From sequence record NC_031126.1: 64,000 bases of DNA; one strand, 5' to 3'. The notes beneath the pieces are model-generated. The model was given only the letters and a program-made list of their open reading frames with translations. It ran no database searches and was not told the DNA's origin. Numbering within the stretch: position 1 is the stretch's first letter; each line of letters starts with the position of its first letter. The translations under genes and the position numbers were made by a program. This document shows positions 36,850 through 47,333 of this stretch, one piece after another.

Positions 36850-39800
36850 ATGCTTCTCCTTAAACAGTTTAACCAACGCTTCTCCGTGCGTAAGACGGAT
36901 GAGTTCGGGAAGCCGCGAATTATTCCGCTGGAAAAGTTCCAGATACCTCGCGGTTCTATTTTCCATACCGTGGATTTAGACCAGGTGGTGTTAGCACCGC
37001 CGGTCTCCACACCGTACTTCCAGGAGCTGGAAAAGCCTGCACAAATACGTCATCACTTTAAACTGCCAGAAGACGGGATTTCGGGTCGCCCAATCCCCGT
37101 TCCAGTGCAAGGTCAGGAACGTCAGATTCTGGCATACCACCGTGCCAACCGTCGCTTCCGTCGACTGTCCCAGTCAGACGAGTTAGTGCGTAAAGACCCA
37201 AAAGTGCTGCTCATCGAGAACTACACCCCGATGTTACCGCACTACCGTTACCCGGACACGATGATGTCTTGGTACGACCGTTTGCGCAACGTTCAGGTAT
37301 TAATGTCTAATCAGCTCAAGTACGACACGGCTGAATACCTGCGTCAGAACTACATGATTATTGATATCGGTTCGACGTTGCCTGCGTATGACAAATTCAA
37401 GAACACTTTCAACGACCGTGTGAAGACTAAGCTGGAGCGTTTCCAGTCCTTCAACTTACTGTGGTTGCTCGAGCTGTTTGCTTGGGCTATCGGTCAGCAA
37501 GAGACATCGTTGTTTGCTGGTATGGACATGACCCAACTGTCTCGTACCAACTTTGTGTTCGTGCACAACTCCGGGTTCAGTGTAATGAACATGGGTGTGG
37601 TTGAGAAGATGCGTAAGTCTGCCGGTGGTCGTCTGAATGATGAACAAATGGCACGCGCATTCTACCGTACCCTGATTCGCGTCATGACCGCCAAACCAGA
37701 CATGGTGTCTGAGCTGGAAGTGATTGATGAAGAGACCGGTGAAGAAAAAGTCATTGTTCAGGACGTTGAGAACGACGACATCGTCGACGGTGCGGATGAC
37801 CTGGTGGGCGATGAAGACATCGTTAATCAGGCTGATGTAGTGGAAGACGATTTCGATACCAAGGAAGACTTGGTAATCGACGTACCGAAAGAAGATATTA
37901 AGCCCACGACTATCGTTGTCGAGAAAGCGATTAATCACGCCGACGTTATCAAACAGGAAGTTGAGAAACTGGCCGAAGCCGGACGTGTATCTGCTAAGCA
38001 GTACAAGTTCCTGAATGATGCTACCGAGCGCTTTGAAGCGCTGCCTAACCCGTACAACCCGAAAGAGACGTACGGCCAGGCAATGGTTGTCGACGCTAAG
38101 AAAGTTGAAATTAAACCCGTGACTACGCTGCGGGAACCTGTCGTTACCACCACGGACTGGACGCAGTCTAGTGTGGATGCGATGGACAAGCAGTACAACA
38201 CCGAAATCCTGCCAAAAGACATCTTGGCGGCTGTGGCGTCATCCCAACGGTTGGGTCTGGCGATTCACAACCACACGGTCGAAAAAGAAGTTTCTGTAAC
38301 CGGTAGTCTCGAACACCACACCCTCCGTATTCAGCCAATCGGCGGGGAACCAGTAACGGTCCGTTTCCAGGTTCCTGCATTGACTGAAGATGGTACGTGG
38401 GTTGCGAATGGTACTGAATACACCATGCGTCGCCAACGTGTCGATATTCCGATTCGTAAAGTTGACCACGAGACCGTGGCCCTAACTACCGCTTATGGTA
38501 AGAACTTCGTCCGTCGTAGTGACAAAGTCGTGAACGACTATGGTCGCTGGCTGACGAATGCAATTATCGTTCGTGCGGTTGACCCGAAAGATACAACGAT
38601 TACCGATGCCAAATTGGCTAACGTGTTCGACCCGCTGGCAACCTTGCCGCGTCAGTACACGATGGTGTCTCGACGTATCTCTACCTTTAATGCTGTTGGT
38701 TATCAGTGGAGCTTTGATTCTAAATCAATGCCTGGGTTCTTCGGTGAGGACAATGTTAAGTCCATGACGAAGAAAGAACTGGTGCCGCTGGCGAAGGGTC
38801 GTAGTGGGGTAATGATTGGAATGGATGATCATTCCCAGGTGTATAAAGTTAACGGGGACAAGATTGAACCACAGGGTGCGCTGGCTGATGTTTTAGGCAT
38901 CGACCAATCGAAAACCCCACGGGAGATGACGGAACTATCACTGATGGGTAAATCCCTGTCACTCGGTTTCATCTTCGCCTTCTATCTCGGCCTGACCGGC
39001 ATGATGCGACACTTCGGTATTCGCTTCGAGATTCTCCCGCCGGGTCAGCGTATTGACAAATCAACCTACGATTCCATCTTCCGTTTATCAGATGCGAAAA
39101 TCGTAGCCATGTGTGACAATGATAAACAGCGTATGATTCTTAATGGCTTGGACAAGTACATTAAACACTTGACCACGTATACGGAATCCGAAGTTGACCG
39201 TGAAGACATTTATCTCAACCTTATTCGTGATGCAGATGGCCTGACGCCTCGGTACATCAATGAGCTTCGACTAATGCGGACCGCATTCGTGGATGACATG
39301 CACGCGCGTATCTTGAGAAAGATGGGCGAACCGGAAACCTTCATTGGTCTGTTGGAACGTTCCAACGAACTGTTGCAAACCGACCACACTCTCCCGGAAA
39401 TCAACGGTGATGAAATGATGTTTGTGGGCAATCAACGTATTGCGTACCACATCTACACTGCACTGGTGAGGGCCCAGCGTAACTACATCAACGCCCCAGG
39501 CAGTAACCGCCGATTCGAACTGTCGCAGGACATGATCTGGGGGGCAATCAACTCCGATCCGTCAGTCTTGCTGGCACCGGGGGCCAACCCGATTCAGTTC
39601 ATTAAAGAAAAAGACGTTATCACCATGGGTGGTACCGGAGGACGTAACCGTAAGACCATGGTGTACCACACGCGTGAATTCCAGAAATCTGACCTGGGCA
39701 TCGTGTCTGGCAACACCGTCGATAACGGTGACGTAGGTATCACAGCCTTCTTAACGAATAACCCGCGCTTCGACTCAGTCGATGGTACCACCAAGCCCCT

Positions 39801-41025
39801 GGAGGGGGAAGGTAAGCCGGGTGAGCTGCTGTCCTTTATTGACGGCCTGGCACCTGACACTCTGATGGACGATGCGAAACGTCAAAACTTCGTAGGTATT
39901 CAGATGGGTTCAGCCACAACGTGTATCGGTGCAACTGTTGCCCCTTACCGTACCGAACAGGAGAAAGTAGTCGCCCACCGTACATCGGTGAAACATGCAC
40001 GCGCTATTGATAAACCGGGTAAAGTTATCCGGGTAACCGAGGATACCATCACCATCAAATACGACGACAAGACGGAAGAGACTTTCGAATTGGGTCGTTG
40101 GTTTGGTGCGCATGAAGGTACGTTCTATCCACACACAGTTGTGACTAAATGGAAGGCAGGTGACAAACTCCCCGCTGGGGCTATCATCACGTATAACGAA
40201 CAGCACTTCGAGCCAGACCTGCTCGATCCGTTCCAGGTGAACTGGAAAGGTGTCATCATGGCCAATGTAGCGTTGATTGAATCTGAAGAGGTAATTGAAG
40301 ACTCGAATGCGATTAGTGAGCGGTTCGCTGCGAAAGCACAGTCTGACGTAACCAAAATCAAAGAAGTCACTGTTACATCTAGCCAGAATCTGATGGAGAT
40401 TGTGAAAAACGGCGAGCACGTAGACGTGGACACAATTCTATGCACCTTTAGCGACAACCTGAGCGAAGATATGAGCGGGTTCAGTAATGAAGCTGCCGCA
40501 ACCCTGTACGAACTGAGTGCTTACTCTCCACAAGCCGGTGTACGCGGCCACATCGATAAAATCGAAGTGGTGTACCACGGTGACCCGGAAGACTTCACAG
40601 CCTCCGTACAGACCCTGATTAACCAACACGACCGCCAACGTCGCAAAATGGCAAATGCCTTAGGCGACCACATCCCGAAATCGGGTAGTGTGAACGGCGA
40701 CTACCGTGTTGACGGTGTACCGTTAGCCTACAACAGCATGGTGATTCGATTCTACATCACTCACCGTGTCGAGATGGCGGCTGCGGATAAGATGGTTATT
40801 GCTAACCAGCTGAAGACCACCGTCCAGGAAGTTATGCGTGGTGTTAACCGAACAGAGAACGGCGAGGACATTGATATCATCTTCGGGCGTAACTCGGTTG
40901 ATGCGCGTATCGTAGGTTCATTGATGCGTATCGGTACCTCGAACGGTGCTGCTATGCAGGGCGGTATCATGATTGGGAAGATTTTGGATGGCGAGAGCGT
41001 TCCTGCACTCCCTGCCAAGATTTAA
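36850..41025 (+). CDS. Virion RNA polymerase beta subunit, N-terminal piece (phiKZ gp178-like)
   Basis: 1391 aa with RpoB-like segments TVDNGDVG, RQNFVGIQMGSAT, EDSNAISERF, ADKMVIANQLKT and DIDIIF. Confidence 0.88.
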   Translation: MLLLKQFNQRFSVRKTDEFGKPRIIPLEKFQIPRGSIFHTVDLDQVVLAPPVSTPYFQELEKPAQIRHHFKLPEDGISGRPIPVPVQGQERQILAYHRANRRFRRLSQSDELVRKDPKVLLIENYTPMLPHYRYPDTMMSWYDRLRNVQVLMSNQLKYDTAEYLRQNYMIIDIGSTLPAYDKFKNTFNDRVKTKLERFQSFNLLWLLELFAWAIGQQETSLFAGMDMTQLSRTNFVFVHNSGFSVMNMGVVEKMRKSAGGRLNDEQMARAFYRTLIRVMTAKPDMVSELEVIDEETGEEKVIVQDVENDDIVDGADDLVGDEDIVNQADVVEDDFDTKEDLVIDVPKEDIKPTTIVVEKAINHADVIKQEVEKLAEAGRVSAKQYKFLNDATERFEALPNPYNPKETYGQAMVVDAKKVEIKPVTTLREPVVTTTDWTQSSVDAMDKQYNTEILPKDILAAVASSQRLGLAIHNHTVEKEVSVTGSLEHHTLRIQPIGGEPVTVRFQVPALTEDGTWVANGTEYTMRRQRVDIPIRKVDHETVALTTAYGKNFVRRSDKVVNDYGRWLTNAIIVRAVDPKDTTITDAKLANVFDPLATLPRQYTMVSRRISTFNAVGYQWSFDSKSMPGFFGEDNVKSMTKKELVPLAKGRSGVMIGMDDHSQVYKVNGDKIEPQGALADVLGIDQSKTPREMTELSLMGKSLSLGFIFAFYLGLTGMMRHFGIRFEILPPGQRIDKSTYDSIFRLSDAKIVAMCDNDKQRMILNGLDKYIKHLTTYTESEVDREDIYLNLIRDADGLTPRYINELRLMRTAFVDDMHARILRKMGEPETFIGLLERSNELLQTDHTLPEINGDEMMFVGNQRIAYHIYTALVRAQRNYINAPGSNRRFELSQDMIWGAINSDPSVLLAPGANPIQFIKEKDVITMGGTGGRNRKTMVYHTREFQKSDLGIVSGNTVDNGDVGITAFLTNNPRFDSVDGTTKPLEGEGKPGELLSFIDGLAPDTLMDDAKRQNFVGIQMGSATTCIGATVAPYRTEQEKVVAHRTSVKHARAIDKPGKVIRVTEDTITIKYDDKTEETFELGRWFGAHEGTFYPHTVVTKWKAGDKLPAGAIITYNEQHFEPDLLDPFQVNWKGVIMANVALIESEEVIEDSNAISERFAAKAQSDVTKIKEVTVTSSQNLMEIVKNGEHVDVDTILCTFSDNLSEDMSGFSNEAAATLYELSAYSPQAGVRGHIDKIEVVYHGDPEDFTASVQTLINQHDRQRRKMANALGDHIPKSGSVNGDYRVDGVPLAYNSMVIRFYITHRVEMAAADKMVIANQLKTTVQEVMRGVNRTENGEDIDIIFGRNSVDARIVGSLMRIGTSNGAAMQGGIMIGKILDGESVPALPAKI

Positions 41026-41032
41026 CTCACAC

Positions 41033-41062
41033 CCCAGACGGGTCGCTCCCGTCTGGTTTTCT
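41033..41062 (+). terminator. Possible terminator
   Basis: CCAGACGGG-TCGCT-CCCGTCTGG-TTTT. Confidence 0.55.
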
Positions 41063-41079
41063 AACTCCCGGAGTTTACA

Positions 41080-41373
41080 ATGAGTATCTTAGATGACATC
41101 CGCGCACGTCACAACATTCCAAAGCGTGGGAATACCCAGGCTCAGGAAACTGACAGCTTCTCACCCCAACAGCGCTTGAATGCCGTTACCCTGGGTAACG
41201 TAGTTGAGCTGACCACCGAAGTGGTTTACGACCTGATGAAAGGCAGCAATGGACTGAGCAGCCAGGTCGGTGAACAGCGTCTGCTGAAACGCGACATTGC
41301 CGATATGGTCGGTAACCGTCTGGCAGCACGTATCCAGGAAGTAGCAAGTTCTGAGAATGGGGGTCAAGCGTGA
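41080..41373 (+). CDS. Small probable virion protein
   Basis: GGAG RBS, contains an AQE motif. Confidence 0.6.
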   Translation: MSILDDIRARHNIPKRGNTQAQETDSFSPQQRLNAVTLGNVVELTTEVVYDLMKGSNGLSSQVGEQRLLKRDIADMVGNRLAARIQEVASSENGGQA

Positions 41374-42827
41374 TTCGTTTATATTCCTTGAATGCCTGCA
41401 CTAATGCACTGCGCATTCTGAAACAAAGTGGCCTCCGTCTGAGCGTTGATGCTGATTCACCGGTCGCGGTATTGAACCGTGCAACTAGCCAGCAATCTGT
41501 ACTGGACAGCAGCATTACTGACGAGCAGTTCTTCCAAGAGCTGCCGAACATTACCGCACTAGCGCAACCTGCGCAGGGTACTGGTGATGCTTCCGTTATT
41601 GCCGATGGCGCTGCTGGCGTCAATGTGTTGAACGTGGAAGACCACGAACCAACGCTGTTCGAGTTGAAGAAAATGGCCGTAGGTCGTTGTGCCGGTCTGT
41701 TGGACTTCTCCCGTAACGTGGTACAGCCATTCATTCAGAACGTGATTCAGAATAACAATGCTGCGCCGGTTGAAGAAGTGAAAGAAGACTGGGCACTGGT
41801 ACCGGTTGATTCTGACCCCGCCATTAACGAACCTGTTGTTCAGGCGTTGATTAATCGTCTGGATAACCCAGCAGGTGCTGGCTTCATTCACGATCGCATT
41901 GATGCGCGCGTTCCGGATGTGCTGGAACAGCCTGAAACCGGTAAAGCAACCTTCGACCGTCTGGTTGGCCGTCTGCTGGAAGAACTGGGTCTGTCTGTCT
42001 CTGATGCAGCTAAGCTGTTGGTTGAGCCGTTGAAGATTGTCCCTAACTCTGACCAGGCTCCGAAAGAAGTCAAGAAGAACGTGCTATTCCTGTTGCTGTC
42101 TGCCTATTGGCTGGACAATCCGTGGGAAAACTCTGACCTGTCTGCTGAGAAGTGGAAAACGCAATTCCAGCGTGCGCATTACTCACTGTGCGGTTGGTTG
42201 TACCTGTACGCCGAAGCGATCGTAACGCGTGTCAAGCTTGGGAACATTGTGTTCTCTTACGACAGCCAGGAAAAACAGGTCTTCATCTGCCAAGAAGCGT
42301 TTGACGATTACACTTCCGCAGGTGGTACCGTTGAAGCGCTATTGGGTGCAATTTATGCACTGGATGACGGCGACGAAGCAAACACCACTAAAGGTGCGTT
42401 GCTGGACAATGCTGCTGCCTACACACAAGTGTGGAACCGCCGCAGTTCTATCCGTCGCATGAATGCGGATACCGACTGGTTACACCGTAACCGCGAATCC
42501 CTGAAAGTGGCGTTCTCTTCTGCAATCGATGTGCTTGACCCAGGTTACCTGAATGCGGGTGATGCTGAGCCGCGTACTCCAGCAGAAGTGAAGAAAGGCG
42601 TTAACAGCGCTATCGATCATCTCTTCGGTAAAACCACGACCGATGTCACTGAGTTCATCATCCAGGTTTCTTCTGGTGAAGTCTTCGGTGAATACGACGC
42701 GGCCAATCTGTTGACGGCTATCCACCACGGTATGATTAAAGGCATCAAGCCTGACGTTACTGCCAGTGACTGGATTACCAACTACGCGATGGACTGGATG
42801 CTGGCTGGCGTTCTTATCGAAGCTTAA
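41370..42827 (+). CDS. Probable internal head/ejection protein (SPN3US gp243-like position)
   Basis: 485 aa, located between vRNAP subunit genes. Synteny only. Confidence 0.55.
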   Translation: MIRLYSLNACTNALRILKQSGLRLSVDADSPVAVLNRATSQQSVLDSSITDEQFFQELPNITALAQPAQGTGDASVIADGAAGVNVLNVEDHEPTLFELKKMAVGRCAGLLDFSRNVVQPFIQNVIQNNNAAPVEEVKEDWALVPVDSDPAINEPVVQALINRLDNPAGAGFIHDRIDARVPDVLEQPETGKATFDRLVGRLLEELGLSVSDAAKLLVEPLKIVPNSDQAPKEVKKNVLFLLLSAYWLDNPWENSDLSAEKWKTQFQRAHYSLCGWLYLYAEAIVTRVKLGNIVFSYDSQEKQVFICQEAFDDYTSAGGTVEALLGAIYALDDGDEANTTKGALLDNAAAYTQVWNRRSSIRRMNADTDWLHRNRESLKVAFSSAIDVLDPGYLNAGDAEPRTPAEVKKGVNSAIDHLFGKTTTDVTEFIIQVSSGEVFGEYDAANLLTAIHHGMIKGIKPDVTASDWITNYAMDWMLAGVLIEA

Positions 42828-42842
42828 CAATAGGAGGCGGAA

Positions 42843-43565
42843 GTGAGTGCTATTGAAACTGCACGTCGCGACCCGAAAAAGGTTCACGCCGATTTAGTTG
42901 ATACCGGGGCCGCCACCATTACCAAAGGGGGGTGTTATCTTTACATCCCCGTTGGCTTTACCTCGAAAGAATTGGCCTTTATTTCTTCGACTGTCGAAAT
43001 CGTTGGCTTGTTTGCCATCTCGACAGACCGGAAAACTTACGGGGTGTCGAACGTAACCACGTTCATTGAAATTACCCCGTCATCGTTTGAAGAAGTGGAT
43101 GTCAACGGCGAACCTTATTACGAGTTCCGCTTTGATCCGGGGACGGTAGTATTCCCGAACCGGATGTTACAGGTGGTTTCCAACCCGGTGTACAACATCG
43201 CATCTTACATCTACGACTTCGGTAACCGGCCTTTCTGGTTCACTGTGGTAGAGGATGCTGAGCTGTTGTCTGATGCACCGCTCTGGAACGGTTTCCAGGT
43301 CTTTGCTGACCAGATTACCGCAGACTGTTACGCAGCACACACCCAACGCAAATGGGGTGACCCGCGTACATTCTTCCGTGCTTCGCTGAAGAAAGATAGC
43401 GACATTTTTGGCGCTTGTCAGTTTATCCCTCTCCGTGACGGATCTCTTAACAAAACTTCCCGATTGGCGAAGCTCGCTGATGTTGAACTGAAACGTGGTA
43501 TCCGCTCCGCGTTGTCAGTTGACCCAGTACGTGCTGAACCACTCGAGGATCTCTTCATGCGATAA
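42843..43565 (+). CDS. Virion RNA polymerase beta' C-terminal piece (phiKZ gp176 / SPN3US gp244-like)
   Basis: C-terminus GSLNKTSRLAKLADVELKRGIRSAL...EPLEDL parallels RpoC [25 protein letters not shown]...RGLKEN. Synteny with the protease. Confidence 0.6.
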   Translation: MSAIETARRDPKKVHADLVDTGAATITKGGCYLYIPVGFTSKELAFISSTVEIVGLFAISTDRKTYGVSNVTTFIEITPSSFEEVDVNGEPYYEFRFDPGTVVFPNRMLQVVSNPVYNIASYIYDFGNRPFWFTVVEDAELLSDAPLWNGFQVFADQITADCYAAHTQRKWGDPRTFFRASLKKDSDIFGACQFIPLRDGSLNKTSRLAKLADVELKRGIRSALSVDPVRAEPLEDLFMR

Positions 43566-43573
43566 GGTGCATT

Positions 43574-44377
43574 ATGGAAAACTTAACGATGCGCTACAAC
43601 TGCGTAGCGTTGGCCGGGGTAAACAAAGGGGCAACCCTGAAGAAAGACGCGGATGGGTATTACTACTGCCTGCTGGGCGCGTTGAACATTTTCAACTCTG
43701 AAGGTATCTTCTATGCCTTCAATGAGTCGAAGCATGTCTTCGACCGTTCAAGTGTCTTCATGCGTAAAATTCAGGCAGGGAACCTGTTTGGTGAAGAAGA
43801 CCACCCTCCGTTTGAACCGGGGATGTCTGATGCACAATGGATTGAACGTAACGAATGGATTGAAACCAAGAACGTGGCAATGCATATCCGTGAAATCGAG
43901 CTGAAGCCGACTGACCAGATGTGTAACAACTTGCCCGTGGTGGAAATCTGGGGATGGGTTAAACCTAACCGCGATCGTGGCCCGCTGTTGGCGGAAGCGT
44001 TAGAGAACCCACATCAAAACGTGTGCTTCTCTCTGCGTGCGATTGTACGTGAAGGGTTTGTTGGTGGGGTACGTACGCGTCGTATCGATCGCATGGTCAC
44101 ATTTGACTGGGTTATCGAAGACGGTCTGCAAATCTGTAACAAATACTCCGCAATGCAACGCGGTAGTCAGGTTGCGCAGGAATCTACCCGCACTTACGTT
44201 GACCGTCCTATCTCTCGCCAGGCGTTGGAAGATATCATCTTCAAGCCGGAAGCGGCACAGACAGTTGCGACAGAATCCCGCCGGGGTAATCTGCGTGCAA
44301 TCGCCCGTGAGTATCTGGACATTGACAAACAACAGTCTAATGTGAAGATCATGGGACTGGGTGCGGGGAAATGGTAA
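43574..44377 (+). CDS. Prohead protease (T4 gp21 / phiKZ gp175-like)
   Basis: GEEDHP, FSLRA and TFDWV catalytic H/S/D motifs. C-terminal AQE and ATE candidate autocleavage sites. Confidence 0.85.
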   Translation: MENLTMRYNCVALAGVNKGATLKKDADGYYYCLLGALNIFNSEGIFYAFNESKHVFDRSSVFMRKIQAGNLFGEEDHPPFEPGMSDAQWIERNEWIETKNVAMHIREIELKPTDQMCNNLPVVEIWGWVKPNRDRGPLLAEALENPHQNVCFSLRAIVREGFVGGVRTRRIDRMVTFDWVIEDGLQICNKYSAMQRGSQVAQESTRTYVDRPISRQALEDIIFKPEAAQTVATESRRGNLRAIAREYLDIDKQQSNVKIMGLGAGKW

Positions 44378-44998
44378 ATGGCTGACTACGACGCTTCGTT
44401 AGTGAAGTGGTACGAGAATCAGATGCCTAAGGTGGCCAAGAAATTGGCCCTTAAAGGTTTGGATACTCCGCCGCTCCACATTGGGGGCAAGGTGAAAATC
44501 TTTTCGCCACGCATCCCGTATTCACCGGCTGACGGTGAAGATTTAACTATCCCGCGCGTTTGTTGTTCGTTGGCGTTGAAGAACTGTATCATTGGTGCCC
44601 GTCACAACTTTCGTTCGCTGGATATTCAACAGCGTATTCACATCTACGCTTTTGACGAACGCAGTGTAGTCCAGCCGTCGGTAGACGTTACCAAAGAACC
44701 TAACCGGGCTGGTGAAGTGTGGATTGTTCCACACCGCATGGCCAACTGGGAAATCAAACCCAAAGTTCTGGGGGAAATGCGCCTTGTCATGCTCAGTCAC
44801 GATAGTTCTGAGTTTATGTACGCGGTGCAAGTGGGCGAGACGATTGCATTCGACTCCAGTAAAAAACTGGAAGCGGGTCAAACATATCTGATACGCATCA
44901 CCATCAAAATGGGTGAGGTAACGAATGTTACCGATCCTGAACTTACGTCCGTGGACCATTATCACGGTGCGTTAAACGCTTACACTGTCGCCTCCTGA
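44378..44998 (+). CDS. Probable virion protein, possible ADP-ribosyltransferase-like fold
   Basis: LHIG...FSPRIP...GED..IPRVCCS...GEVW pattern, abutting the protease gene. Confidence 0.5.
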   Translation: MADYDASLVKWYENQMPKVAKKLALKGLDTPPLHIGGKVKIFSPRIPYSPADGEDLTIPRVCCSLALKNCIIGARHNFRSLDIQQRIHIYAFDERSVVQPSVDVTKEPNRAGEVWIVPHRMANWEIKPKVLGEMRLVMLSHDSSEFMYAVQVGETIAFDSSKKLEAGQTYLIRITIKMGEVTNVTDPELTSVDHYHGALNAYTVAS

Positions 44999-45044
44999 TG
45001 TCGGTTCGTGGTCTGCAAATCACTACTAGCACTGGAGGCATTGA

Positions 45045-45341
45045 ATGAAAGCTGTGAACATTGTCATACCTCCGACCCTTACAGTCCTGGCACCCGATGA
45101 GATTAAAGCTATTGCTTTTAATGCCATCCAGGGCCGGGTTGGTAAAGACGTACTGGCAGTTGTGCTGTCAGGTCGACTGGATACCAAACGCAAAATCAAT
45201 AACGCGATTGCGAGTTTGTCTACTCAAGACTTGACTGAGTTTTATCTTGCACTACAACAGGCGGGTGTGGGAATCGACTACACCCGCACTTACTTCCTCC
45301 TAACAGAATCGTATCGGAGCATTCTAACCGTCAAGCAGTAA
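45045..45341 (+). CDS. Hypothetical protein
   Basis: GGAGG RBS. Confidence 0.65.
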   Translation: MKAVNIVIPPTLTVLAPDEIKAIAFNAIQGRVGKDVLAVVLSGRLDTKRKINNAIASLSTQDLTEFYLALQQAGVGIDYTRTYFLLTESYRSILTVKQ

Positions 45342-45398
45342 AGTTTTTTTACGCAGGTGGTTCTTAATGTGAACGTGAGAATACGAAGGATAAAAAGG

Positions 45399-45950
45399 AT
45401 GGTTCATTTAGATAGCGACGGAGTGTTTGCAGTGTGGAGTGGGTACGTTGTACCTAAATACTTCCCAACGATGACACTCAGGGAATTCAATGCAATTCCC
45501 GAAATCAAACGGCGAGCATTGGTACGCGAGATATACCAGAAAGAACCGAATCTGTTTTACAACCTTCCGGCATTAAAGGAAATGGGTGTGGTATTGGACG
45601 CGCTGGAGAAAGCGGGTACACCTTGGTGTATTCTGACCTCGGGAGCAGAAGACCACTTCGATCATGAACTCGTGGTTGAAAGTAAACAGTTGTGGTTTGA
45701 TAAACATTTTGGTGTGCCTGCGGATCGAATCATTGTCACGGAAACTTCCGGACAGAAAAAAGACTACGCTGGACGAGGGTTGTTACTTGTTGATGACTTT
45801 GGTCGAAACTGTCGCGAATGGGCACTCGCCGGTGGTACGGCTTTCTGGGTACGAACCGAGAAACCGAACACTCGTGACCTCATCCGGCATATTGGTTGCT
45901 TTGTGGAAACGCCGCATGATAGTGCTGGCTCCATTCTACAAATCCAATAA
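45399..45950 (+). CDS. HAD-family 5'(3')-deoxyribonucleotidase (NT5C-like)
   Basis: HLDSDGV, ILTS, K..W and LLVDD...N..EW..AGG motifs. Confidence 0.8.
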   Translation: MVHLDSDGVFAVWSGYVVPKYFPTMTLREFNAIPEIKRRALVREIYQKEPNLFYNLPALKEMGVVLDALEKAGTPWCILTSGAEDHFDHELVVESKQLWFDKHFGVPADRIIVTETSGQKKDYAGRGLLLVDDFGRNCREWALAGGTAFWVRTEKPNTRDLIRHIGCFVETPHDSAGSILQIQ

Positions 45951-46009
45951 CTACCTATGGTGACCTCGTTCCCTCATGGAACAGGTCGCCCTCTTTCTAA
46001 TATTTTTTG

Positions 46010-46029
46010 GATATATATTACCTAGGTGA
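46010..46029 (+). promoter_or_regulatory. Putative early promoter GATATATATTACCTAGGTGA
   Basis: Contains the exact TATATTAC core, copy of the 20-bp motif. Confidence 0.7.
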
Positions 46030-46072
46030 ACTTGCATCAGTAAGTTTTAAATCGACTATCAAGGAGCACACT

Positions 46073-46744
46073 ATGTCACCAGAAGAAGTTCGTAAATTAC
46101 ATGACCGTCTCATCAAACAGTTTTACGATTTCTATCGTTACACCGATAGCGCACATCGAATCGATCACATTCGTAGTGTGATGTCCAACGTCATTCGTAT
46201 CTGTTACATGCAGGGCTGGCAAGAACATTTGAAACTGGCGCTGATTGCAGCGGCAGTTCACGATATCTTTTCGACTAAAGAATTTCGGTCTGAGCACCAC
46301 ATCAAAGCGTTCAACTGGGTGTTGGATAACAAGGCCGTGCTTGCTCGGAAATACAAACTGACTTTCGAAGAATGTTACACCGTGGCATATGCTGCCATGG
46401 AACATCGTGGGTCTTTCAAAGGTAATTACAACAGCATCGTTTCTGAAATTGTGGCTGCCGCTGACCGTGGTATCCCATCGAAGGAAGATGTGACGTCGTA
46501 TCTGTCTCGCAGTTACCTGTATGCGCGGGACAATCAGGGCAAGAGTATTAGCGATTCGAAATTCCATGCGGTGAACCACATCCAGGATAAGTTCGGTCGT
46601 AATGCGTATGCCAAAGTACCAGACTGGTACGAGAAGATATTCGCCACTCAATTGGCTGAACGTCTTGAAGTTATTGAAATGCTCGACATCGACTTCTTCA
46701 CCACTGAGTTGGTTGAAGAGTTAGAACAACGTCTTAAACACTAA
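46073..46744 (+). CDS. HD-domain phosphohydrolase
   Basis: H..DH..SV, AAAVHDI, EHR and AAADR motifs. AAGGAG RBS. Confidence 0.85.
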   Translation: MSPEEVRKLHDRLIKQFYDFYRYTDSAHRIDHIRSVMSNVIRICYMQGWQEHLKLALIAAAVHDIFSTKEFRSEHHIKAFNWVLDNKAVLARKYKLTFEECYTVAYAAMEHRGSFKGNYNSIVSEIVAAADRGIPSKEDVTSYLSRSYLYARDNQGKSISDSKFHAVNHIQDKFGRNAYAKVPDWYEKIFATQLAERLEVIEMLDIDFFTTELVEELEQRLKH

Positions 46745-46764
46745 CCCCATGTAAGGATAATTTG

Positions 46765-47280
46765 ATGACTACCAAAATTCACTCAGTAAAAGACCTCATC
46801 GCTGCAATCAACAAAGACGCAGAAACGCCTGTCGTTCTGGATGCAGAAAATGCATACAGTGCGGAAAGCGAAGCGAAGCTGATTACTGAATTCTCGGAAG
46901 GGCTCCCAGTAATCAAAGTGGAGCCTAACGACAAAGGCGAGCATAAGCTGACCATCGAAAACATGGACACGCTGGACAAGTACCGTGCTAACTTCCACGA
47001 AGCGCTGGGTACCATTACCGCGCCACTGATTGCGGACAAAGCGAAAAACGATCCAGAAATCGGTGCGATGGAAGTGAAACTGAAAGTGGGTGAAACCACC
47101 TTCTCCACTGCCTTCGCTCGCCCGACCGGCGATGCGCCGTCCCAGAAAGAACTGGCGGCTTCTATCGGCTTCGGCTATAGCACCATCAAGAACAAAGGGC
47201 TGGAAGGTAAAGTCCGTAAAGAGTTCGCGAAGCTGTGGCTGGAAGCGGACGAAGAAGAAGACGAGGGTGATGACGAGTAA
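46765..47280 (+). CDS. Hypothetical protein with acidic C-terminal tail
   Basis: AAGGA RBS, ends EADEEEDEGDDE. Confidence 0.75.
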   Translation: MTTKIHSVKDLIAAINKDAETPVVLDAENAYSAESEAKLITEFSEGLPVIKVEPNDKGEHKLTIENMDTLDKYRANFHEALGTITAPLIADKAKNDPEIGAMEVKLKVGETTFSTAFARPTGDAPSQKELAASIGFGYSTIKNKGLEGKVRKEFAKLWLEADEEEDEGDDE

Positions 47281-47303
47281 TCGTCGCACTTAATAACAGA
47301 ATT

Positions 47304-47333
47304 GGGTGGTCTTATGACCACCCTCTTTTTTTT
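47304..47333 (+). terminator. Intrinsic terminator
   Basis: GGGTGGTC-TTAT-GACCACCC plus T tract. Confidence 0.85.

Noticed and set aside
45344-45370. Fourth copy of the TTTTTAC...ATGT motif
   Set aside because: Spacing is 16 rather than 18 nt, so it was not counted.
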